From assembly GCA_049584655.1 (NCBI GenBank), contig JBAUYF010000007.1, positions 27,288 to 91,287 of the forward strand: a stretch of 64,000 nucleotides of DNA, given 5' to 3'. Under the pieces are notes generated by a model, which searched no databases, was not told the DNA's origin, and saw only the letters and a list, made by a program, of their open reading frames with translations. The position numbers and the translations under genes are program-made. Positions 18,936 to 27,277 of this stretch are shown here, piece by piece; position 1 is the stretch's first letter, and each line of letters opens with the position of its first letter. Origin of the DNA: Thermoplasmata archaeon. Its GTDB lineage: Archaea > Thermoplasmatota > Thermoplasmata > Lutacidiplasmatales > UBA184.

Positions 18936-19094
18936 TATTTTCTCGATCTCGGGGCCCGGGTATTCGCAGCGCGGGCGAAACGGCAGGGAGTCACCGTCGA
19001 CCATCAAGAGTTCGACGGCGTGCACGGCGATGGCGGTCGGCGTTACGAAGCGATGTACACGGGCGTCCTCCGCGCTTTGGGCTTCCCGTCTTGA
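18936..19094 (+). other. In-frame continuation of the esterase past the TAG, encoding the catalytic-His region
   Basis: Same frame. It reads YFLDLGARVFAARAKRQGVTVDHQEFDGVHGDGG... and corresponds to esterase D ...DDQFL...GYDHSY. Translation stops at TGA 19092-19094. Confidence 0.5.
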
Positions 19095-19214
19095 AACTCC
19101 GATCTCTCAAACCGACGCAAGACCTAAGAGCCCGAGAATCGACCGTAGGGGCGTAATGCCGTCCGATCACGGAGGTTCGACGACTTTGCCCGGCGCCGAG
19201 GGGAGGGAACGGCG

Positions 19215-19367
19215 ATGATTCAGGACGGCAAGATCGTCTGTGATGAGTGTAAGTCGGTAATCACGCGCGTCACCGTCCTGCCCCCGGAAGGATGGCCCAA
19301 ACTCCACTCTTTGTGCTCGAAATGCTATGCCGCGGCACGCGACCGCGCCGAGCCACGGCTCACGTAA
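19215..19367 (+). CDS. Small zinc-ribbon protein (50 aa, CxxC-x26-CxxC)
   Basis: MIQDGKIVCDECKSVITRVTVLPPEGWPKLHSLCSKCYAAARDRAEPRLT. GGAGG lies about 9 nt upstream. It is under the 60-aa cutoff, so it is absent from the track. Confidence 0.4.
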   Translation: MIQDGKIVCDECKSVITRVTVLPPEGWPKLHSLCSKCYAAARDRAEPRLT

Positions 19368-19382
19368 GCCGTCGCCCTGCGA

Positions 19383-19934
19383 TTATGAGGTCGCGTCGAC
19401 GACCGCCGCCCCGAGCGATGCGGCTTCGTCTTCGATCCACGCGAGCACGACGAAATACCAGCTCATGGCGAGCAGTAGCGGGAGTTCCGGATGGGTTCGA
19501 CCGAGCGGGTCAATCGACACGAGGGCCCCCACGAGCCGACCGGATTGACGAACCGGCTCGATCTCGAGTAACTTCGTCTCTTTCGAGTCGCAAAGATTCC
19601 ACGCCGGCACCAAGAGGCCCGCGCGTCGAAAGGAGTAGGATGCGCCCCCCCGGATTTCTAAGAGATGAGACCGCGAATGGACGGTCATCCGGGCGAGGTC
19701 GACGTTCTGCCCCGGTCGACGCGCGGTGAGATGTGGGTTGAGAAAGCCGGAGCGCTTGAGCGTCCACTCGTCCCCGACGGTCGCCACATGCGCGAGCGAC
19801 CCAATGTGCTTTTCCCAACTCATGACCGCGACGGTCGCGTCGCCGGCCTTTAACGCGTACTCGTGCCGGTCTTCCGTCGATCGGACCCAACGAACGGTGT
19901 TGAGGTCGGCGGCAGCGAAGGCAGTGAGTTCCAT
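19383..19934 (-). CDS. Hypothetical protein (183 aa)
   Basis: Normal composition. No family recognised with confidence. Confidence 0.5.
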   Translation of the reverse strand: MELTAFAAADLNTVRWVRSTEDRHEYALKAGDATVAVMSWEKHIGSLAHVATVGDEWTLKRSGFLNPHLTARRPGQNVDLARMTVHSRSHLLEIRGGASYSFRRAGLLVPAWNLCDSKETKLLEIEPVRQSGRLVGALVSIDPLGRTHPELPLLLAMSWYFVVLAWIEDEAASLGAAVVDATS

Positions 19935-20021
19935 CGGGGCGGCCCACCGTCGCGCCCGTTCTTAAGGGAACCGGCCGGGTTGCAGCCGATTCGGATTTTC
20001 CGAGCTCGCATGAGCGCGGAA

Positions 20022-20738
20022 TCACGATTTTGACGGCGAACTCCGACGAAGACCATCCAGGTCGTGCTTCAACAGATCGAGCTCATGGACCGCCACATCG
20101 CTTTCACCTTCCGAAGCGAGCGGAGTGAGGGGAATGGCCGCCCGGGCCGGAGGGGGAGGAGGCGGCGGAGGAGGCAAGAACGAAGTCGCCGGGCCGGCCA
20201 CGGATGCCGCCTTCACGGAGACCCCCCGTACGCCCCCCGGGTCCAACCTTCGAGACTTCGAAGAAATCACCGCCGGAGTACGGGGAGGGGGTGACGGAAG
20301 TGTCCGTAGGGATCCCGCGGAGGTCGATTTTCTTGGCGGGGCCGTTGGAGTTTCCTCCGGTTCATCCTCCTCGGCGAAATAGGAAATGACTCCGCCAACA
20401 CCGGCCACGATTCCGAGCACCAAGAACAAGATCCACAGATGGAAACCGCCGGCACCCACCGTCGGCTCGAGCGACCAGGTGAGAAGGGCTCCGACCAGCA
20501 GGATCCAGGATGGGAAGAGCAGCGGGAAGCAGCCCCCGATGCGGCGGAAGAAATCATTCGGGGCGCGCCGTTCTGCTGGATCCGGTCGACCATGTACATC
20601 GGGAAGGGGCCGACCGGTAACGCGGGGGGCGGGCGGGTCCGGGGAGGACGCAGGCGTCAGGGCGTCTTCGTCCCAATCGGGGGCATACATGCTGTGGGGA
20701 GCCATCGGCGCAATCTGGAATAATTCGAGGAGGGCCAA
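20022..20738 (-). CDS. Membrane protein with two TM helices and a Pro-rich C-terminal region that includes a PPPPPPPPP run
   Basis: Hydrophobic helices at about aa 70-120. The plus strand (ggagg)n at 20140-20180 is the reverse complement of the poly-Pro codons. Confidence 0.5.
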   Translation of the reverse strand: MALLELFQIAPMAPHSMYAPDWDEDALTPASSPDPPAPRVTGRPLPDVHGRPDPAERRAPNDFFRRIGGCFPLLFPSWILLVGALLTWSLEPTVGAGGFHLWILFLVLGIVAGVGGVISYFAEEDEPEETPTAPPRKSTSAGSLRTLPSPPPRTPAVISSKSRRLDPGGVRGVSVKAASVAGPATSFLPPPPPPPPPARAAIPLTPLASEGESDVAVHELDLLKHDLDGLRRSSPSKS

Positions 20739-20742
20739 TTCA

Positions 20743-21111
20743 ATGTATCGCCGCTGTGGCGAGGCAGGGTGGCCCTGGTCGACTTCGACTCGTAAGGGGA
20801 CGGTCTACCGCCGAACGGGGCTGGGCTTATGCGGAACTACTTCCTATCCCGAAGCCGGAGGATTTCTGCCGCACTACACGTTGGCTCCCGCCTCGCCCAC
20901 TCGAGATCCAGAGAGGGAATTCGACCTTTGTTCTCGTTGCATGGTCGAACCCGAGATTATTCGGGTGGTCGCCGTAAAGAAATCCGGGCTTGCCTTGGGT
21001 TCCGATGCCAATCCAGCCGTTATCAAGGTCCCGCACACGTCCTACGATTTCGCGCCGCGACCAATTCCGTGCATCTCGTGTGCCCGGATACTATCCGCGG
21101 ACGACGATTGA
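20743..21111 (+). CDS. Hypothetical Cys-containing small protein (possible zinc ribbon)
   Basis: Only the non-overlapping 3' part of track ORF 20386..21111 is kept. It contains CSRC and CISC pairs. This is a weak call. Confidence 0.25.
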   Translation: MYRRCGEAGWPWSTSTRKGTVYRRTGLGLCGTTSYPEAGGFLPHYTLAPASPTRDPEREFDLCSRCMVEPEIIRVVAVKKSGLALGSDANPAVIKVPHTSYDFAPRPIPCISCARILSADDD

Positions 21112-21122
21112 ACTCCGGAACG

Positions 21123-21488
21123 CTACCGCTTCGCGACGAGAAACAAGATCCCGCTGATCAAGAGGCAGAGGGAGGCCAGGATCGCAAGAACGCCGGACGC
21201 AAAACCTAACGCGAGCCATCCGACGACCGCCATTACCACGAGGATGATCCCGGCCGCCAAACTCTCGTCGCCCCATCGTGACCTTCCGAGAATCGCAAAA
21301 AATCCGGCGATAAGCCCGACGACAATGAAAACGATCGACTGATCCAGGGACGAGAACGACGCCCCCGCTCGATGAGTCGCGAGGAAAAAGGCGCCCTTGA
21401 AGAAGTCAAAGATGCCGTCTAAGACCAGTAAGGCAGCCCCCAGCAAGCCAAACAGCAATCCAAGCGGGCGGTCCGAGCGGTACGTCAC
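21123..21488 (-). CDS. Small 4-TM membrane protein
   Basis: 121 aa and hydrophobic. The C-terminal LVAKR end resembles the 9775 and 31263 family. Confidence 0.5.
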   Translation of the reverse strand: MTYRSDRPLGLLFGLLGAALLVLDGIFDFFKGAFFLATHRAGASFSSLDQSIVFIVVGLIAGFFAILGRSRWGDESLAAGIILVVMAVVGWLALGFASGVLAILASLCLLISGILFLVAKR

Positions 21489-21765
21489 AGTCCCTCCTCA
21501 GCTACCGCGTGCGCCTCCGGCTCGGGAGGATATAAACCGTTCACGCTCGGCCCCGACGGCATGTCGCATTCTAGCTCTCCGAATGACATTCGATCCGAGC
21601 GAGTTAGTGTCTAGCCCCGGAGCAAGGAAGCCTCCCCTTGCCCAAATCGGGAATCTCGACGAACAGTCGCGCCCGAATACGCAACTGTCGTGGCCCATCC
21701 GTCGTAGGAAAGGTCGGAAATCCGAGGGCAAGGTTTTTCATCTCGGCCCGGACTCCAAACGCCGC

Positions 21766-21872
21766 GGCCGGGATGGGGTAGCTTGGCCTATCCTGGGGGA
21801 CTGTGGATCCCTCGACCCGGGTTCAAAGAGAGGCGGGAACCACCCCACCTCTGGGAACTCTCGGTCCCGGCC
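21766..21872 (+). tRNA. Candidate intron-containing tRNA (probably tRNA-His, anticodon GTG), with a 31-nt intron in the T-loop (59/60)
   Basis: G(-1)+GCCGGGA pairs with TCCCGGC+C73. T8, A14 and G18G19 are present. D-stem is GGGT/ATCC. Anticodon arm is GGGGA-CTGTGGA-TCCCT. T-arm is CCGGG-TTCAAA[31 nt]T-CTCGG. One extra nucleotide sits at position 26. Confidence 0.4.
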
Positions 21873-22775
21873 CTACCGCCGCCGCCCCGGCTTCTTCGCG
21901 CCCCTGCGGGACGATTTCTTACGGTTCGACGCCTTCGATGGACCGCGCTCAAGTTCGGCGAGTTTTTCGGGGAGCGCCGACAACGAGTAGTCCGCCCACG
22001 CGGCTCCCCAGCTTCGAAGATCTTCGGGGGTTAGTCCCCAACCGTGAAGCGACGATGCGCGCCCGATGGGAGTGACCCCTTCCACCGAAGCGGCAGCTTC
22101 CATATCGAATCGGGAGTCCCCGATCAAAAAGATCCGTGCGCCCGGATACCGCCGTCGGTACTCCTGGAGATGTTCCCGCTTCGTGCCTTGCGCCGAGCCC
22201 AAGACATCCTCGAACCAGAATCGCAATCCCTCGCGTTCGAGCAGCAAATCCGCCATCTCGGTTTCCGCTCCCGTCGAGATCACGAGGGTCCAGTGTTCTT
22301 GTGAGAGCCGTTTCAATAGCTTGGGCACCTCGGGGAACGGGCCCGCATGGGCATACGCTTCCGTTACCTTGCGGCCGTGGAACGTCCGGGCTGTGGCGGC
22401 TCGGAGCGTTGCCGGGGCATTTCCGTAGAGCTGGGACAGTTGAGCTTCGAATGGCATGCCGGTCGTGGCGAGGTAGTGAATGCGACCCTCTTCGATCGGA
22501 GTTCCAAAGGCGGTATGCATGACATCCGCGGCCACATGGCTGATGAGGGAGATATCGTCGAGAATCGTGCCATCCATGTCGAAGACGACGACTCCGCGTT
22601 CAACGTGAGTAGGAACAACTTCGCGCGGGAGGGTCGGGAGCCGGGAGATTTCGGAGAACTGGGAGGCGGCAGAGGAGACGATCGGGAGTTCGAGGCCTTC
22701 CAAGGGAGCGTCCGGAGGAGCGGGTTCCGGAGGTGGTGACGAGGAGTGAGAGGGCTTGCGGGCGCGCGGCTTCAT
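21873..22775 (-). CDS. HAD-superfamily hydrolase (phosphoglycolate phosphatase-like) with a basic C-terminal tail
   Basis: VVVFDMDGTILDD (DxD motif I), LVISTG, and IGDSRFDMEAA (motif IV). The ORF N-terminus is probably over-extended. The tail is KASNRKKSSRRGAKKPGRRR. Confidence 0.7.
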   Translation of the reverse strand: MKPRARKPSHSSSPPPEPAPPDAPLEGLELPIVSSAASQFSEISRLPTLPREVVPTHVERGVVVFDMDGTILDDISLISHVAADVMHTAFGTPIEEGRIHYLATTGMPFEAQLSQLYGNAPATLRAATARTFHGRKVTEAYAHAGPFPEVPKLLKRLSQEHWTLVISTGAETEMADLLLEREGLRFWFEDVLGSAQGTKREHLQEYRRRYPGARIFLIGDSRFDMEAAASVEGVTPIGRASSLHGWGLTPEDLRSWGAAWADYSLSALPEKLAELERGPSKASNRKKSSRRGAKKPGRRR

Positions 22776-22892
22776 CGGCCGGGGGAGCCCAGCCCCCTCT
22801 TAAGAGCCGCCTCGCCCTTTACCTCGACCTATCAGGACTCACGAGTTGCCTTGGGTAACTCCGTCCGGCCCTTAGCACGAGCGAGGAATACG

Positions 22893-24248
22893 ATGCATCC
22901 GAGCCGAGCGATCCGAGGTCGAACTTCGCAGCTGTTGAGCAAGCGCCGGATAATTCTCGGAATATCTGGGTCCATCGCTGCAGTCGAAGTCGTTCGAATC
23001 ATTCGAGAGCTAATCCGACACGGTGCGGATGTTCAAGCTGTCATGAGCGCCGAGGCGACTCGTATCATTACCCCGGAGGCGGTCGCGTTCGCAACGGGTC
23101 ATCCTCCCGTGACCCAGCTCTCCGGCGCGGTGGAACATGTTTCGTTCCTTGGCCCGGGGGAAGATCGGGCCGACCTATTCCTCATCGCTCCCGCCACCGC
23201 CAACACGATCTCCAAGATCGCCCACGGTATCGATGACACTCCCGTGACTTCGTTCGCCTCCGTGGCCCTGGGCGGGGGCGTACCGATCCTGATCGCTCCG
23301 GCGATGCACGCGCACATGGGACGCAACCCGGCGGTTCAGGAAAGTCTCGACCGCCTACGCGGCTGGGGTGTCGGAGTTATTGCCTCCCAAGCCGCGGAAG
23401 GAGAGGAGAAGCTCGCGACGCCCGAAGAGGTTGCGGCGGCCGTACTCCATCGACTCGCACGCGGACCTTGGGTCGGTGGAAGCGTGATCGTTATCGGAGG
23501 TGCCTCACGGGAGTCGATAGATGAGGTCCGATCGATCACGAATGAGAGCAGCGGGACGTTCGCCGTCGCGCTTGCCACCCAAGCGCACTATCGGGGCGCC
23601 GATGTTCAGTTTTGGGCGGGCGCGTTGCAAGTGCCCGTTCCCACCTTCTTGTCTCGACAGTCTTGGCGAGGAGTCACCGACCTGATCGAGTTGGCTCGAT
23701 CGCATGCCTTGGAGCTCTCGGCCGCCCGAGCCGTGATCGTACCGGCGGCATTGTCTGACTTTTCAGTCTCCAGCCTCCCCGGGAAAATATCTTCCCGAGA
23801 ACATCCGACGCTCTCGTTGAAGCTGGATCGTGCGCCGAAGGTACTCCCCGAACTCCGGCGATTAGCTCCCCCGCCGGTACGATTGGTGGGATTCAAGCTT
23901 GAAGCGGACACCGCCCCCGCCGCACTCGAGCGGGAGGGTCGTGCGATGTTGGAGGAGGCGCACCTCGACTGGGTGATTGCCAATGACGCGAAGACGCTCG
24001 GAAATCTCAATGTCAACGCCTACGTGCTCAAGCGATCCGGGGGTGGCCACTGGATTCAAGGGCCCAAGGCAGAAGTTGCCGGGAAGATTTGGGACGACCT
24101 TGGGCGCGAAATCGCCGACATCCCATCAACGACGGCGGTGGCATCCGTGTCCGCTTCGGCGAGAACGGCTGACTCGCAAGGATCGCGTCACGGGTCGCTG
24201 CGACGCCGTGCGGCGCGGGGTGGACGGCGCCGGGCCCGTCGGTCTTAA
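22893..24248 (+). CDS. coaBC: Bifunctional phosphopantothenoylcysteine decarboxylase / phosphopantothenate-cysteine ligase
   Basis: The N-terminal flavoprotein ILGISGSIAAVEVVRIIREL...ITPEA...IAPATANTISKIAHGIDD plus a C-terminal DFP/CoaB domain (IVIGGASRESID...SSG). ATG at 22893. Confidence 0.85.
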   Translation: MHPSRAIRGRTSQLLSKRRIILGISGSIAAVEVVRIIRELIRHGADVQAVMSAEATRIITPEAVAFATGHPPVTQLSGAVEHVSFLGPGEDRADLFLIAPATANTISKIAHGIDDTPVTSFASVALGGGVPILIAPAMHAHMGRNPAVQESLDRLRGWGVGVIASQAAEGEEKLATPEEVAAAVLHRLARGPWVGGSVIVIGGASRESIDEVRSITNESSGTFAVALATQAHYRGADVQFWAGALQVPVPTFLSRQSWRGVTDLIELARSHALELSAARAVIVPAALSDFSVSSLPGKISSREHPTLSLKLDRAPKVLPELRRLAPPPVRLVGFKLEADTAPAALEREGRAMLEEAHLDWVIANDAKTLGNLNVNAYVLKRSGGGHWIQGPKAEVAGKIWDDLGREIADIPSTTAVASVSASARTADSQGSRHGSLRRRAARGGRRRARRS

Positions 24249-24280
24249 TAGCCGCGGCACCTGCGCGGCCGAGGTTTCGC

Positions 24281-25420
24281 ATGGTGAAACTGGCCGAATG
24301 GCGAGGCAAAGAGATTCTGCGCCGGTACGCCATTCCGCTTCCTCGGGGGCAGGTAGCCCGAACCCCCCAGGAAGCTGCGGAAGTCATCCGAGCCGGGCGC
24401 GTACCGCTCCCCGCCGTCATCAAGGCTCAAGTCCTGGCCGGAGGCCGGGGGAAGGGCGGGTTCGTCCGTTTCGGGAACACCGCCGAGGAAGTCAGTCTGG
24501 CGGCGGCCGGAATCCTCGGACTTGAATTCAAGGGCGAGAAAGTCAAAGAGGTTCTGATCGAAGAGAAGCTCTCGATCGGACGAGAGCTCTATGTTTCGCT
24601 AACTCTCGATCGGAGCCTCCGACTGCCGGTCCTTCTGACGAGCGCCCAAGGAGGAGTGGAGATCGAATCCGTCCCGGACGACCAGTTGGTCCGACAGTCG
24701 ATCCACCCGTTCACGGGGTTGGTCACTTACGAGAAGAGACGGGCGGGCCAATCGCTCGGCCTCTCCGGTGGTCCAGCCAAAGCGTTGAATCCCCTCCTCG
24801 ACGCTCTGTGGCAGATCTTCGAGAAGGAAGATGCCGAACTGGTCGAGATCAATCCGCTCGCCATTGTAGGTGATGGCTTGGTCGCCCTCGACGCGAAAGT
24901 AATTATCGAGGACGATGCCGGATTCCGCCACCCCGACTACGCGACAATACTCGATGATCGAACTCCGCTCGAAGAGATCGCGCGCGAGAAAGAGATTGCC
25001 TTTGTCCAATTGGATGGGAACATTGGCGTCATCGCGAATGGCGCGGGATTGACCATGGCCACGTTGGACGTGCTCAAGGAGTTCGGCGGTGACCCCGGCG
25101 TTTTCCTCGACCTCGGAGGGACCGACGACCCGGCGAAGGTCACCGAGGCGTTTCTCCTCATGGCCAAAGCAAAGCCGAAGGTCGTCTTCCTCAACATCTT
25201 CGGCGGGGTCACCCGCTGCGATACGGTCGCGCGGGGCTTAGTCGAGGCGATGAAGCAAGTTGTCCCCGCCGAGCGATTCCCACTCGTCGCTCGAATTCGC
25301 GGTAACAACGAGAACGAGGGCCGCGCAATCCTCAAGGAAGCAGGAATAACCTCCCTCTCCAATCTGAAAGAGTCCGCCCAGGCCGTGGTCGCGCTCGCCC
25401 ACCCGGGAGTTTCGTCATGA
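24281..25420 (+). CDS. sucC: Succinyl-CoA synthetase beta subunit
   Basis: MVKLAEWRGKEILRRYAIP...VIKAQVLAGGRGKGG...NIFGGVTRCD. ATGA overlap with sucD. Confidence 0.9.
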   Translation: MVKLAEWRGKEILRRYAIPLPRGQVARTPQEAAEVIRAGRVPLPAVIKAQVLAGGRGKGGFVRFGNTAEEVSLAAAGILGLEFKGEKVKEVLIEEKLSIGRELYVSLTLDRSLRLPVLLTSAQGGVEIESVPDDQLVRQSIHPFTGLVTYEKRRAGQSLGLSGGPAKALNPLLDALWQIFEKEDAELVEINPLAIVGDGLVALDAKVIIEDDAGFRHPDYATILDDRTPLEEIAREKEIAFVQLDGNIGVIANGAGLTMATLDVLKEFGGDPGVFLDLGGTDDPAKVTEAFLLMAKAKPKVVFLNIFGGVTRCDTVARGLVEAMKQVVPAERFPLVARIRGNNENEGRAILKEAGITSLSNLKESAQAVVALAHPGVSS

Positions 25421-26301
25421 GCGTTCTCGTCGACGAATCGACCCGCGTCGTAGTCCAAGGGATCACCGGTCACCAGGGGACGGTCCACACGCGACAGATG
25501 CGGGCCTTCGGCACCAAGGTCGTCGCCGGCGTCACTCCCGGAAAGGGGGGTTCCACGGTCGAAGACGTTCCGGTGTTCGATACGGTCCGCGAGGCGGTCG
25601 ACCGAACCGAGGCGAACGCGGCTTGCATTTTCGTCCCCGCACCTTACACAAAGGACGCACTCATCGAGTCGGTAGACGCCGGCCTCCGACTGGCCGTCAT
25701 CGTCACGGAGCACATTCCGTTCCACGATATGCTTGTGATGTACCACTACGCCCGCGCCGAAGGCGCTCGGATCATTGGCCCAAACTGCCCCGGCATCGCC
25801 GCGCCTGGGAAAGCCAAGGTCGGGATTATTCCAAATGTCGTGTTCCAACCCGGACGGATCGGGGTGATTTCGCGCAGCGGGACCTTGACCTATGAGATCG
25901 TGAACGGGATCAAGGAACACGGACTCGGCCAGAGCACCTGTATCGGACTGGGAGGGGATCCCGTCGTCGGAACTTCTTTTGTGGACGCGCTCCCGTTCTT
26001 CGAGAAGGACCCGGAGACCGACCTCCTCGTGCTCGTCGGCGAGATCGGCGGAACAGCCGAGGAGGACGCCGCCGAGTACATCCGAGATCACTTCACCAAG
26101 CCGGTCGTCGCCTACGTCGCCGGCCGCTCGGCTCCCCCAGGAAAGCGAATGGGCCATGCGGGTGCGATCATCGCACGAGGCAAGGGAACCGCGGAGAGCA
26201 AGCTCAAAGCTTTGCAGGCAGCCGGCGCCGTCGTGGCACGATTTCCCTACGAGATCCCCGACCTCGTAGCGCAGCGTTGGAAGGTATCGAATCGCCGATG
26301 A
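25417..26301 (+). CDS. sucD: Succinyl-CoA synthetase alpha subunit
   Basis: [11 protein letters not shown]...SRSGTLTYE...GEIGG...MGHAGAI (the phosphohistidine region). Confidence 0.9.
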   Translation: MSVLVDESTRVVVQGITGHQGTVHTRQMRAFGTKVVAGVTPGKGGSTVEDVPVFDTVREAVDRTEANAACIFVPAPYTKDALIESVDAGLRLAVIVTEHIPFHDMLVMYHYARAEGARIIGPNCPGIAAPGKAKVGIIPNVVFQPGRIGVISRSGTLTYEIVNGIKEHGLGQSTCIGLGGDPVVGTSFVDALPFFEKDPETDLLVLVGEIGGTAEEDAAEYIRDHFTKPVVAYVAGRSAPPGKRMGHAGAIIARGKGTAESKLKALQAAGAVVARFPYEIPDLVAQRWKVSNRR

Positions 26302-26525
26302 CCCCTGGGGATGGACGCCCGGCATCGGTCGAGGAAGCAGGCGAGATGTGCGCCGTTCCCGGCTGCGGGGGCGAATCGGTCCGCCACCTTTCGTTGGCGG
26401 AAGCTCGAAAAGTGTTCACCTCGCTCCCCGAAAGGGGCCGACGAGCGCCGTTATGTCGAGACCATTACAAAGAATGGAAAAAGCGGACCAAGGAAGCCCG
26501 CAAGCTCGACCGACTGACGTGGTAA
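26277..26525 (+). CDS. Small Cys/His zinc-finger-like basic protein
   Basis: CAVPGCGG...LCRDHYKEWKKRTKEARK. It overlaps the sucD 3' end by 25 nt. It may start at the internal MCAVPGC. Confidence 0.3.
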   Translation: MEGIESPMTPGDGRPASVEEAGEMCAVPGCGGESVRHLSLAEARKVFTSLPERGRRAPLCRDHYKEWKKRTKEARKLDRLTW

Positions 26526-26595
26526 GGCGTCTCGAACGAGTTCTCCGATTCGCCAGGAACGGGTTTTGGGGACCCGAACCTCTCAGGTCCCCTAC

Positions 26596-26703
26596 TTACT
26601 GTTTCCGCATCTTTTGCGCCCGCATGCGTCGGCGCATCCGCTTCTTGCGCCATTTCCACCGCATGTGGCCGCGTTTCTTCCAAACGCGCGAGCTACGTTT
26701 CAT
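26596..26703 (-). CDS. rpl41e: 50S ribosomal protein L41e (eL41), 35 aa
   Basis: Reverse-strand ORF ATG(26703)...TAA(26596) = MKRSSRVWKKRGHMRWKWRKKRMRRRMRAQKMRKQ. It matches the archaeal/eukaryotic L41e signature MRxKWxKKRxRRL. TTAATAA lies about 40 nt upstream. Confidence 0.7.
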   Translation of the reverse strand: MKRSSRVWKKRGHMRWKWRKKRMRRRMRAQKMRKQ

Positions 26704-26848
26704 TCAGTTCTCGTCCAGAGCGGCGCGGGTTACTTTCGTCCGCTTATTAAGGTGCCCGAGGGACGCCCCGTCTGTCCGAGGTGAAACTCGTGCCTCGCCC
26801 GCCGCGGGCGCCCCGGCCCTTATGTAGGAGCCGCCACTCGGCTCGATT

Positions 26849-27265
26849 GTGCTGGACACGGCCGACCTCGAGGTGAATATTCTCGAATTCCACGGCAAGA
26901 ACTTCGCCTTCGATCGTTTGGCCTCCCTCGCCGAGGAGGAATTTGCGATCTTCCTGCGGACCGAGACCGAAAGCGAGAGCAAGTTGCGCCCGAAGCTCGT
27001 TCGCCTACGCGTCGTCGTGCCGCGCGAGTGGGTCCTCTTCGATTTGGCGGCCGACCTTTTGGTCTTGGGGCGTGACGGAAAAACGCCGGGCGCTCGCTCG
27101 ACCGAAGCGGCGATCGAGGCGGCGGCGGAAAAGGCTGAGTTCAAAGAACAAGGGATCACCTGGCGCCGCGCCAAGCTGGCGGACGGAGGGTTCGCGTACG
27201 TCCCCGAGGAGCTGGCCTCTCAGCTGCTCGAATCCGGCGGCCTCGCGTCGCTCGGCGTCCAGTGA
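26849..27265 (+). CDS. Hypothetical acidic protein (138 aa)
   Basis: Normal amino-acid composition. It is convergent with top6A. No family recognised. Confidence 0.45.
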   Translation: MLDTADLEVNILEFHGKNFAFDRLASLAEEEFAIFLRTETESESKLRPKLVRLRVVVPREWVLFDLAADLLVLGRDGKTPGARSTEAAIEAAAEKAEFKEQGITWRRAKLADGGFAYVPEELASQLLESGGLASLGVQ

Positions 27266-27277
27266 CGCGACTCCAAG

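Noticed and set aside
20386-21111. 241-aa plus-strand ORF
   Set aside because: Its first 350 nt overlap the minus-strand Pro-rich membrane protein gene and translate to low-complexity sequence. Only the non-overlapping 3' third (20743..21111) was kept, as a low-confidence call.
26540-26700. Apparent short tandem repeat with 'cgcat' periodicity, looking like a micro-repeat or CRISPR-like fragment
   Set aside because: The periodicity is the reverse complement of repeated Arg/Lys/Met codons of the rpl41e ORF. It is coding sequence, not a repeat array.
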